From a candidate division WOR-3 bacterium (GTDB taxonomy: Bacteria > Hydrothermota > UBA3072 > B12-G15): a stretch of 34,696 nt of DNA. The position numbers and the translations under genes were made by a program. Location of the stretch: NCBI GenBank assembly GCA_965649055.1, contig CBFGJG010000020.1, positions 1 to 34,696 on the forward strand. Reading direction: 5' to 3'. Of this stretch, positions 10,135 to 18,763 are shown piece by piece; within the stretch, counting starts at the first letter, position 1; each line of letters starts with the position of its first letter. The notes beneath the pieces were generated by a model that did no database searches, had not been told where the DNA came from, and worked only from the letters and a program-made list of their open reading frames with translations.

Positions 10135-10282
10135 ATCCTTGATGAACCTACAACACACTTTGATTATGCTTCGATAGAAAAAGTTTGAAGATGCATTAGG
10201 AAAATTCAGTGGAACTATTATATTAGTGAGCCATGATAAAATGCTTTTAAACAGGATAGCAGAAAGAACTATCTCACTTTAA
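10135..10282 (+). pseudogene. 3' remnant of an ABC-F family ATPase gene, frameshifted
   Basis: Manual translation ILDEPTTHFDYASIEK / FEDALGKFSGTIILVSHDKMLLNRIAERTISL* contains Walker B-D-loop and H-loop (VSHD). One extra A in the A5 run at 10178-10182. No start codon or upstream domain. Confidence 0.8.
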
Positions 10283-12382
10283 GATAAAGAACTTCTTTAC
10301 TCCCTTACTTTCTCCATTTACTTTCACATTTAGAAAATATGTTCCTGATTTAAATTCCTTTATAGGATAGGATATTGTTATTAATCCAACCGCTTCTCTT
10401 GAATATATATTCTTTATATTTCTCCCTAAAATATCGTATATATCAATCATTAAATAGCTATTTTGGGGAATAAAAATTTTTATCATAAGTTCACCGCTTT
10501 TTAAATCAGGATTACCTATACTTAGCAGATTTAAGTCTTTTTCATTTATCCCGACGTATGAAAGACCAAGCCATTTGAGATATAAATAGTTCATAGTATC
10601 AGATGCAGGATAATCCCAGAAATAAAGTGGTTGATTTTGTGATGCAATCCAATCAACCTGGGAGATATGTAGCAGAAATTTTCCATTTTTAGTATTCTCG
10701 TATCTTAAGGATAGAAATATTGTGTCATTATCTTTAATTGCAAACATATCCCTTAAAATATTTCCCGAAACAGAATCAATTGAACCTGTCCATTCCTTCG
10801 TTGAATCTCCGTTTACAGCACCATGCAAGATACTTCCAGGTGTCTGATTTGAGACTCCTGAGAATAATGATTGTAAGACAGGGTCTAATTCATAGCCATA
10901 GATATGAAAATATGATTTTTGAGAAAGTAAACCGTCATCTGTAGCCTTATATATTCCGAGTGAATTTAAGAAAGAACCTTCCTGTGTATTATGTTGTCCA
11001 TAATCATGCCATGTATTCTCTTCAAGTGCGTATAATCCATCCTGGTCTTCAAGCCAGAATCCACCACCATTATTTATAAGTTCCCTTACATATGTCGTAT
11101 CACCTTTTCTGAAAATTATACCACCATAATTAACATATGATAAATCATATTCTCCCCATCCTTTCCATATAACTGCAGGAAATCCAGGACCATATGTGTA
11201 AAATGCAAAGACAGATGAGTCAGGTGGACCATTCTCGGCATTTATATCCCATACATCAAGATTAAAGTTATTCTCTATGTAATCATCAAAATTAACAGTT
11301 GAATAATTTCTTCCTTTTACAAATAGTCCATTCCCTGGTGTTCCTGATTTTATAACATAAGAATACCAAGGGGTTTCTTTTGTTTTCCCGTCTTCCCTGT
11401 AACCTATTCCCCTATATGTAATTGTATCACCTGTGTTAAATCCAGGAATATATCCCTCCCATATTCCCTGAAAGGAATCTCCTGAGAATAGAGATAAATA
11501 AGTCCTGTTCACAATTCCGTTATTAACCATATATTCTAAAACAAGAGAATCAGTCTTATATTGAGATGATAAATAAGTGTCTGCATATACCTTTCTTGGT
11601 AAAGTTGAATAAGTATTTGGAAGTCTTTCAATCACGACCCAGTAGGTTATATAGTAAACACGCAAATAAGCATTTATTCCTATTTCTAACTTTGTGTTGT
11701 CTTGTGAGAAATAATAACCATACCATAGATTCCATGCCTTTCTGTATCTATAAGAATGAGAATTCCTTGGAGTATCGTAAGGTATGTAACCTGATGATAA
11801 GATTGCGAAACTATCGTGTCCTGGTGTATAACCTATAAAAAATTCCTTAGTATAAACCGTATCTTCGTCAATCAACGATATCTCGCAATTTATAATATCT
11901 TCAACACCATTTTCCTTTGCAGTGCTCGTAAATTCAGCAATAATAGTCCCAAGTGGCTTTAATAGTGTATCAGAATCAGCTATTGCTTCGTAAAATCCAG
12001 GGAAAGTGTCATAATCAATATCGTGCCTTTTGTCTGCAACGAAGATATAATAAGGTTGACCTACCTGACCAGTTGTTGTGTTATAATTATATATTCCTAT
12101 AGCAACAAGCGAACAAGGATTAATGGTTGGAGTAACGAATCTTACAGCCTGTGTATCTCCGACCATCCTTGGCATATAATAATACCAATCAAAATTGTGA
12201 TATTGTAAAAGCCAATTGTAAGTTGAAATATCCTTTGACTTAAGATGTCTCTTAAAATCATCTTGGTTAAAATTCCTTCTTCCTAAGATTTCGAAATCAT
12301 CTTCAATAGGATTTATTTTTACTATCAAACCATGTGAATATATTATAAATGCGATTAAGATAAAAAATATATCTTTGCGCAT
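10274..12382 (-). CDS. Secreted protein with C-terminal T9SS type A sorting-like domain
   Basis: Signal peptide. C-terminal IDIYDILGR..K ... SGTYFLNV ... KKFFILK. Confidence 0.75.
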   Translation of the reverse strand: MRKDIFFILIAFIIYSHGLIVKINPIEDDFEILGRRNFNQDDFKRHLKSKDISTYNWLLQYHNFDWYYYMPRMVGDTQAVRFVTPTINPCSLVAIGIYNYNTTTGQVGQPYYIFVADKRHDIDYDTFPGFYEAIADSDTLLKPLGTIIAEFTSTAKENGVEDIINCEISLIDEDTVYTKEFFIGYTPGHDSFAILSSGYIPYDTPRNSHSYRYRKAWNLWYGYYFSQDNTKLEIGINAYLRVYYITYWVVIERLPNTYSTLPRKVYADTYLSSQYKTDSLVLEYMVNNGIVNRTYLSLFSGDSFQGIWEGYIPGFNTGDTITYRGIGYREDGKTKETPWYSYVIKSGTPGNGLFVKGRNYSTVNFDDYIENNFNLDVWDINAENGPPDSSVFAFYTYGPGFPAVIWKGWGEYDLSYVNYGGIIFRKGDTTYVRELINNGGGFWLEDQDGLYALEENTWHDYGQHNTQEGSFLNSLGIYKATDDGLLSQKSYFHIYGYELDPVLQSLFSGVSNQTPGSILHGAVNGDSTKEWTGSIDSVSGNILRDMFAIKDNDTIFLSLRYENTKNGKFLLHISQVDWIASQNQPLYFWDYPASDTMNYLYLKWLGLSYVGINEKDLNLLSIGNPDLKSGELMIKIFIPQNSYLMIDIYDILGRNIKNIYSREAVGLITISYPIKEFKSGTYFLNVKVNGESKGVKKFFILK

Positions 12383-12397
12383 AAAGACCTCCCAATA

Positions 12398-12477
12398 ATA
12401 AAATTATATAAAAAAATAAATTGTCAATACCAATTTTATAAAATTATATAAAAAAATAAATTGTCAATACCAATTTT
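12398..12477. repeat. Perfect 40-bp tandem duplication containing a minus-strand TTGACA promoter element
   Basis: ATAAAATTATATAAAAAAATAAATTGTCAATACCAATTTT at 12398-12437 and 12438-12477. Confidence 0.9.
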
Positions 12478-12479
12478 CT

Positions 12480-12503
12480 GGTGTCAGGTCTTGACATATG
12501 ACA
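12480..12503 (+). repeat. 24-bp dispersed motif, copy 4 (one mismatch)
   Basis: GGTGTCAGGTCTTGACATATGACA, followed at 12511 by the related GGGGTCAGTC. Confidence 0.88.
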
Positions 12504-12554
12504 AAAAATCGGGGTCAGTCATAAACTTTCAACTTTTCTTGTAGAAAAGGATGG

Positions 12555-13224
12555 GATTGCCACGTCGCTACGCGACTCGCAATGACGACAGAGAAGAAGA
12601 AAGGAAGAGATTCCCACAGGTTAGAAAAGAAAGGCAGGTAGCGCGCTAACCTTCGGAATGACATCTTACGATGTCAGATTGCCACGCATTCCTGCGGAAT
12701 GCTCGCAATGACGAATAAAGGAAGAAAAGATGGGATTCCCACGAGTTTGATAAGACAAGCAAGATGCAGGCAAACTCTCGGAATGACACATTATAGGAGT
12801 CATTACGAGCATTGGGAATGCTTACATAATCACTATGCCCAATGCGTGGTAATCCCGGGTGTTAAAAAAGCAGTAAACATGAGATTTCCATGGGCTTGAA
12901 AAAGAAGCGGGGAGCAGACAAACCATCGTAATGACAAATTGCGTTGTCAGATTCCCACGGCTTTCTTTGAAAGCCTCGGAATGACAAAAAAGGATTCGAA
13001 AGGTTCGCAATGACATATATAGGAAAATAAAAAGGCTCGCAATAACATATAAAGGAAAATAAAAAGGTTTGCAATGACAGAGTAAAGAAAATCAAAATGT
13101 TAGCAATGATAAATTAACAATTACATTTATAAAGTAAGGAAAATCGTAAGATTCGTGATGACAATGATAAAGAAAAGAAGTCGTTACGAATACTGACATA
13201 AGCGCTATTCTCAATGTGTTAATC
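12555..13224. repeat. Array of REP-like palindromic units GATTNCCAC-[variable hairpin]-TCGN'AATGAC
   Basis: Units at 12555-12586, 12609-12662, 12677-12712, 12734-12787, 12799-12854 (inverted), 12883-12935 (degenerate) and 12950-12985. Half-units at 12999-13110 and a decayed inverted unit at 13180-13224. Confidence 0.85.
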
Positions 13225-13304
13225 TCTGGTTATAAAGATTGTTAAAGCAATGAAAAAGATGGTTAGGTGAGATTAAAAATATTTTGAATGTATTTAAAAA
13301 TTAA

Positions 13305-13332
13305 TTGACAATATTTTGATTTTTAATATTAT
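13305..13332 (+). promoter_or_regulatory. Sigma70-type promoter of the hppA-glyQS operon
   Basis: TTGACA-N16-TATTAT, then SD AAGGAG before ATG 13358. Confidence 0.55.
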
Positions 13333-13357
13333 AAATGATAAAAAAAGGAGAAAATAT

Positions 13358-15487
13358 ATGAGTATGTTTTTTCTTTTTGCACCAGTTGGTTCTGTTATTG
13401 CGCTTTTAACAGCCTTCTTTCTTGCAAGGAAGGTTTTAAAAGAAAGTGAAGGTAATGATGTTATGAAAAGTATTGCGGCAGCTGTGCGGGAAGGCGCAAG
13501 TGCATATCTTAAAAGACAATATTCAGTTGTGAGTGTCTTTTTCCTGTTTGCATTTATTGTCCTTTTAATACTTTCAATATTCAAACTTCAGCCAATATTT
13601 GTTCCATTTGCATTCTTAACTGGTGGCTTCTTCTCCGGTCTTTCAGGTTTCATCGGTATGAGTATTGCAACAAGGGCAAGTGCAAGGACTGCAAATGCAT
13701 CTATGAGTGGTTTAAACAAAGGTTTAAATATTGCTTTTTCAGCAGGCGCAGTTATGGGTTTTGTGGTTGTTGGTCTTGGATTACTTGATTTAAGCATTTG
13801 GTATATTATTTTAAACTGGTATTATGGGATGAGGATGGGACTTACAGGCAATGAACTCCTTGAATCAATAACATTCACAATGCTTTCATTCGGTATGGGT
13901 GCATCAAGCCAGGCACTCTTTGCAAGGGTTGGAGGAGGTATATTTACAAAGGCAGCAGATGTTGGAGCAGACCTTGTTGGAAAGATAGAGGCAAATATTC
14001 CAGAGGATGATCCGAGGAATCCTGCTGTTATTGCGGATAATGTTGGTGATAATGTTGGTGATGTCGCTGGTATGGGTGCAGACCTTTATGAATCTTATGT
14101 TGATTCAATAGTTGCATCTATGTCACTTGCTGCCGCTGCATTGCTTGGATTAAAAATAGTCATTCTACCTATGATTATTGCAGGAATTGGTGTTATATCT
14201 TCCGTTATAGGAACTTTCTTTGTCAGGACAAAAGAGAATGTTTCTCAGGCTTCGCTCCTTATGGCTTTAAGAAGGGGAATATGGGGAAGTGCAATTCTTA
14301 TTGTTATATTATCTTTTTTTACAATCAAATTCCTGATACCTGAAAATTTCAATCTCTTCTGGGCAATATTCTTTGGTTTAATCGCAGGTGTTGGAATTGG
14401 AATATCAACAGAATATTTTACATCTGATAACTATCCACCTACAAGGAAGATATCAAAGGCATCATTAACGGGTTATGCAACAAATATACTTGAAGGCCTT
14501 AGTGTGGGTATGCTTTCAACTGCAATACCTGTTATAATAGTTGTCTTTGCAAGTATAATAAGTTTTGTTGTATCAGGTGGTCTTTATGATTTCAAGATAG
14601 GATTGTATGGGATTGGTCTTTCAGCAGTAGGTATGCTTTCAACACTCGGTATAACTCTTGCAACAGATGCATATGGTCCTGTTGCAGATAATGCAGGTGG
14701 TAATGCACAGATGTCAGGTTTATCAAAGGAAGTGAGGGAAAGGACAGATGCACTTGATGCACTTGGTAATACTACTGCTGCTACTGGTAAAGGTTTTGCA
14801 ATAGGTTCAGCTGCTCTGACTGCTTTAGCTCTGATTGTATCTTATTATGATTCAGTAGCACTCTGGGGAAGAAGGTTCAGTATTGAGAATGTTAAGGAAC
14901 TTATTACACCAACCCTTCTTGACCCTTTTACAATATCAGGTATTTTTATAGGTGCAATGATACCATTTCTTTTCTGTGCTTTGTCAATAATGGCTGTTGG
15001 AAATGCAGCAGGAGAGATTGTTGAGGAAGTTAGAAGACAATTTAAAGAACTTGGAATTCTTGAAGGAAGAAACAAACCTGATTATGGAAGGGCAGTTTAT
15101 ATAGTCACAAAGGCAGCTCAGAAGAAGATGATACTACCATCTTTACTTGTGATTCTTCTTCCTATTGTTGTTGGTTTCTTTATCGGTCCAAAAGGTGTGA
15201 TTGGACTACTTACTGGAACATTAACATCAGGTTTTGTGGTTGCAATATTTATGGCAAATGCAGGTGGTGCATGGGACAATGCAAAGAAATTTATTGAAAA
15301 AGGGAATTATGGTGGTAAGGGAACAGATACACATAAGGCAGCAGTTACAGGTGATACAGTTGGTGACCCATTGAAGGATACAGCAGGGCCATCATTAAAT
15401 ATATTGATAAAACTTATGTCTATGGTTTCAATTGTTTTTGCTGGGTTTGTTATAAAATTTTCGCTACTTAAACTTTTTATAAAATAG
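13358..15487 (+). CDS. hppA: Membrane-integral K+-dependent sodium-translocating pyrophosphatase
   Basis: [47 protein letters not shown] (Ala marks the K+-dependent type) and [10 protein letters not shown] motifs. Confidence 0.95.
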   Translation: MSMFFLFAPVGSVIALLTAFFLARKVLKESEGNDVMKSIAAAVREGASAYLKRQYSVVSVFFLFAFIVLLILSIFKLQPIFVPFAFLTGGFFSGLSGFIGMSIATRASARTANASMSGLNKGLNIAFSAGAVMGFVVVGLGLLDLSIWYIILNWYYGMRMGLTGNELLESITFTMLSFGMGASSQALFARVGGGIFTKAADVGADLVGKIEANIPEDDPRNPAVIADNVGDNVGDVAGMGADLYESYVDSIVASMSLAAAALLGLKIVILPMIIAGIGVISSVIGTFFVRTKENVSQASLLMALRRGIWGSAILIVILSFFTIKFLIPENFNLFWAIFFGLIAGVGIGISTEYFTSDNYPPTRKISKASLTGYATNILEGLSVGMLSTAIPVIIVVFASIISFVVSGGLYDFKIGLYGIGLSAVGMLSTLGITLATDAYGPVADNAGGNAQMSGLSKEVRERTDALDALGNTTAATGKGFAIGSAALTALALIVSYYDSVALWGRRFSIENVKELITPTLLDPFTISGIFIGAMIPFLFCALSIMAVGNAAGEIVEEVRRQFKELGILEGRNKPDYGRAVYIVTKAAQKKMILPSLLVILLPIVVGFFIGPKGVIGLLTGTLTSGFVVAIFMANAGGAWDNAKKFIEKGNYGGKGTDTHKAAVTGDTVGDPLKDTAGPSLNILIKLMSMVSIVFAGFVIKFSLLKLFIK

Positions 15488-15496
15488 GGGTGAAAT

Positions 15497-16339
15497 ATTA
15501 GTTTTCAAAAGGTATATCTAAAACTTGAGGAATTCTGGGAAAAACAGGGATGCCTTATAGGGCTTCCATATACAAGTGAAGTAGGTGCTGGAACATTCAA
15601 TATACATACATTCTTTGGTTCACTCGGGAAAAGACCATATAAGGTTGCATATATTGAATCAACAAAAAGGCCAAAAGACGGGAGATATGCAGAGAATCCA
15701 AATAGATTACAGGAATTCAAGCAATATCAGGTTTTATTAAAACCTTCACCAGATAATGTTCAGGATTTATATCTTGAAAGTTTAAGGTCTTTAGGGATAG
15801 AGATAGAAAAACATGATATAAGATTTGTTCAGGACGACTGGGAATCACCAACATTAGGGGCATGGGGACTCGGTTGGGAGGTATGGCTTGATGGTCTTGA
15901 AATTACACAATTCACATACTTCCAACAGGTTGGTGGAATAGAACTTGATATAATCCCCTGCGAGATTACCTATGGTCTTGAAAGGATAACGATGTTCATT
16001 GATAATGTTCGTAGTGTTTTTGATATGGATTTAGGTGCGGGTTTAAAATGGAAGGATTTGAATAAGGAACAGGAATACCAGTGGTGTGTTTATAATTTCA
16101 AAGAGGCAAATGGTGATATGCTTTTTAAGATGTTTCAGGATTTTGAGAGCGAATTTTATAGGCTAATTGAGAAAGATTTAATTTATCCGGCTTACGATTT
16201 TGTTGTCAAATCTTCACATATATTCAATCTTCTTGATGCAAGAGGTTTGATAAGCCAGAAAGAAAGGACTGGATATATTTTAAGGATAAGAAAGATGGCA
16301 AAAAAGGTTGCAACAAGATGGATAGAGATTTACTCATAG
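15497..16339 (+). CDS. glyQ: Glycine--tRNA ligase alpha subunit (apparent ATT start)
   Basis: Open frame from 15497: (M)[18 protein letters not shown]...EVGAGTF...[15 protein letters not shown]...[33 protein letters not shown]. In-frame TGA at 15491. The ORF track shows only the last 115 aa. Confidence 0.93.
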   Translation: MSFQKVYLKLEEFWEKQGCLIGLPYTSEVGAGTFNIHTFFGSLGKRPYKVAYIESTKRPKDGRYAENPNRLQEFKQYQVLLKPSPDNVQDLYLESLRSLGIEIEKHDIRFVQDDWESPTLGAWGLGWEVWLDGLEITQFTYFQQVGGIELDIIPCEITYGLERITMFIDNVRSVFDMDLGAGLKWKDLNKEQEYQWCVYNFKEANGDMLFKMFQDFESEFYRLIEKDLIYPAYDFVVKSSHIFNLLDARGLISQKERTGYILRIRKMAKKVATRWIEIYS

Positions 16340-18393
16340 AGATAGGGACAGAAGAGATACCAGCTGTTGAACTTGATGATGCGATAGGGAATTTTTCAAG
16401 GGCATTGGAAGATATTCTTATAAAGAATGATTTTAGATTCCAAAAAATTAGGAAATTTTCAACACCGAGAAGACTTGCAGTTATAGTTTATAAACTGAAA
16501 GAAAGACAGGAAGATAAAGAGATAGAGATAAAAGGTCCACCTTTAAATACTGCAATTAAGGATGGAAAACTTACTGAACAGGGCGAAAAATTCTTAAAAT
16601 CAAAAGGCATAGAAGATTATTTTACAAAGAAGACAGATAAAGGCGAATTTTTATTTGGTAAGAAAATTTTAAAAGGTAAAACAATAGATGAATTCTTAAA
16701 AGAGAATTTTTCAGGTATAGTGAAGGATTTAGGTTTTAGAAAGGTGATGAGATGGGATGATTCAAATGTGTATTTTTCAAGACCTGTAAGATGGATTTTA
16801 TGCATATATGGCGAAAGGATTATTGATATAAAGATAGGAAATGTTATTTCTTCAAACTTCACTTATGGTCATAGATTTCTATCAAAGGGTAGGATATACA
16901 TAAATTCACCTGAAGAATATGAAAAAATACTTGAAGAAAATTATGTTATACCTGATTCTGATAAAAGAAAAAAAATAATCCTAAATCTCGTAAAAGAAGC
17001 AGGTAAAAAAATAAATGGGGAACCTTTATTAAAAGAAGATTTACTTGAAGAAGTGAAAAACCTTGTGGAGTATCCACAGATTATTATCGGTGAAATAGAT
17101 AAGAATTTCTTAAATCTTCCAAAAGATGTGATAGAGGTTGCAATGGAATCACATCAGAGATATTTCCCTGTTGAGAAAGATGGTAGAATCCTTCCTTATT
17201 TTATATCTGTTATAAACACGATACCTACAGAGGAAATCAGAAGAAATAATGAGAATGTTTTGATAGCAAGACTTGAAGATGCGAAATTCTACTATGATGA
17301 GGATAGAAAGACTAATTTCAGGGAAAGATTCAATATGCTTGAAGGGATAACATATCAGGAAGGATTCGGGAGTGTAAGGGAGAAGGTTGAAAGAATAATC
17401 GAAATGTTGAATATCCTGAACAGGAAGATAAATTTTGATAAAGATAAGGCAGTTGAAGCAGCAAGGCTTTGCAAACTTGACCTTACAACTTTGATGATAA
17501 GGGACGGTAAGGAATTCACAGGTCTTGAGGGTGTAATAGGTTATTATTATGCTGTTGAAGCAGGAATTGATAAGGATATTGCTGAGATAATAAGGGAACA
17601 TTATCTTCCAAGATTTTTTGGTGATGAAATTCCTAAAAGATTAGAGAGTGCAATGATAGGAATTGTTGATAGGATAGATTTTATATATGTAGGTTTCCTG
17701 AAAGGTTTTAAACCTACAGGTTCAAAAGACCCACTTGGTTTAAGGAATAGTGCAAATGGAATAATAACAATACTTATAAACTTTAAGATGAATTTCCCGT
17801 TTGATGATTTACTCGAATTTCTCGGTGATACATTTAAAGATAAATCGATTATACCTGATGTTAAGAAATTCTTTAATGAAAGAATAGAGAGATATTTTGA
17901 AAGACTTGGAGTTCCTTATGATATAACTGATGCAGTTCTTGAGACTGATATAAATGAAATTTACAGTGCATTGAAAAAGGCAGAGGCACTTATGAAACTA
18001 AAGGATAAACCTGAATATGAAAGACTGATTATATCTCAGAAGAGGGTTGCGAATATTTTAAAAGGTATTGAAATAAAAGGTATGCCTGATGAGAATTTAT
18101 TCAGTGATGAAGAAGAAAAGATTTTATATAGCGAGGGTAAAGATGTTGAGAAAAAGATTTCAGGTTTTTTAAAAAATGAAGATTACAATAATGTCCTGAA
18201 TACACTTCTATCTTTGCAGAAATTCATTGATAATTTCTTTGATAAGGTTCTTGTGATGCATAAGGATGAAAAAATAAAAGAAAACAGGCTTAAATTACTT
18301 GGCTTTATAAGGAGTTTGTTCTTAAAATACGCAGATTTCTCAATGATAGTCCTTGAAGGTGAGGTGAAAAATGATAAAAGAGATAACAATTAG
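16318..18393 (+). CDS. glyS: Glycine--tRNA ligase beta subunit
   Basis: [44 protein letters not shown] and NRLKLL motifs. Confidence 0.95.
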   Translation: MDRDLLIEIGTEEIPAVELDDAIGNFSRALEDILIKNDFRFQKIRKFSTPRRLAVIVYKLKERQEDKEIEIKGPPLNTAIKDGKLTEQGEKFLKSKGIEDYFTKKTDKGEFLFGKKILKGKTIDEFLKENFSGIVKDLGFRKVMRWDDSNVYFSRPVRWILCIYGERIIDIKIGNVISSNFTYGHRFLSKGRIYINSPEEYEKILEENYVIPDSDKRKKIILNLVKEAGKKINGEPLLKEDLLEEVKNLVEYPQIIIGEIDKNFLNLPKDVIEVAMESHQRYFPVEKDGRILPYFISVINTIPTEEIRRNNENVLIARLEDAKFYYDEDRKTNFRERFNMLEGITYQEGFGSVREKVERIIEMLNILNRKINFDKDKAVEAARLCKLDLTTLMIRDGKEFTGLEGVIGYYYAVEAGIDKDIAEIIREHYLPRFFGDEIPKRLESAMIGIVDRIDFIYVGFLKGFKPTGSKDPLGLRNSANGIITILINFKMNFPFDDLLEFLGDTFKDKSIIPDVKKFFNERIERYFERLGVPYDITDAVLETDINEIYSALKKAEALMKLKDKPEYERLIISQKRVANILKGIEIKGMPDENLFSDEEEKILYSEGKDVEKKISGFLKNEDYNNVLNTLLSLQKFIDNFFDKVLVMHKDEKIKENRLKLLGFIRSLFLKYADFSMIVLEGEVKNDKRDNN

Positions 18394-18763
18394 AAGTATA
18401 AAAAGGAACGAATTGATAGATATCACACATTACATAAAGGATGAGGTTAGGAATTCAAAATTGAAGGAAGGAGTTGTAAATATCTTTGTTCCGCATACAA
18501 CTGCTGGAATTATGATAAACGAAAATGCTGATCCCTCTGTTAAGGAAGATATAACAAATGGATTAAGAAGACTTGCACCTGAAAATGCTAACTATGAACA
18601 CCTTGAAGGCAATGCAGATAGTCATATAAAATCTACACTTGTTGGTGTATCTTTAACTATCCCTTTTGAGAATGGGGAACTGCTTCTTGGAACATGGCAG
18701 GGAATATTCTTTGCGGAATTTGATGGACCAAGGACAAGAAAATTCATAATCCAGATACATTGA
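18371..18763 (+). CDS. yjbQ: YjbQ/UPF0047 family (secondary thiamine-phosphate synthase-like) protein
   Basis: PHTTAGIMINENADP, HLEGNADSHIK and LGTWQGIFFAEFDGPR motifs. Confidence 0.92.
   Translation: MIKEITIRSIKRNELIDITHYIKDEVRNSKLKEGVVNIFVPHTTAGIMINENADPSVKEDITNGLRRLAPENANYEHLEGNADSHIKSTLVGVSLTIPFENGELLLGTWQGIFFAEFDGPRTRKFIIQIH

Noticed and set aside
12699..13095. Short ORFs of 64-77 aa over the repeat array
   Set aside because: No SD or recognisable domain, and they overlap on both strands. They are by-products of the repeats.
12555..13224. CRISPR array interpretation of the palindromic array
   Set aside because: The repeats are not identical, unit length and orientation vary, the variable parts are themselves hairpins, and no cas genes are present.
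15992..16339. glyQ as a truncated 115-aa gene or pseudogene
   Set aside because: The frame is open and conserved from 15497. Only the start codon is non-standard.
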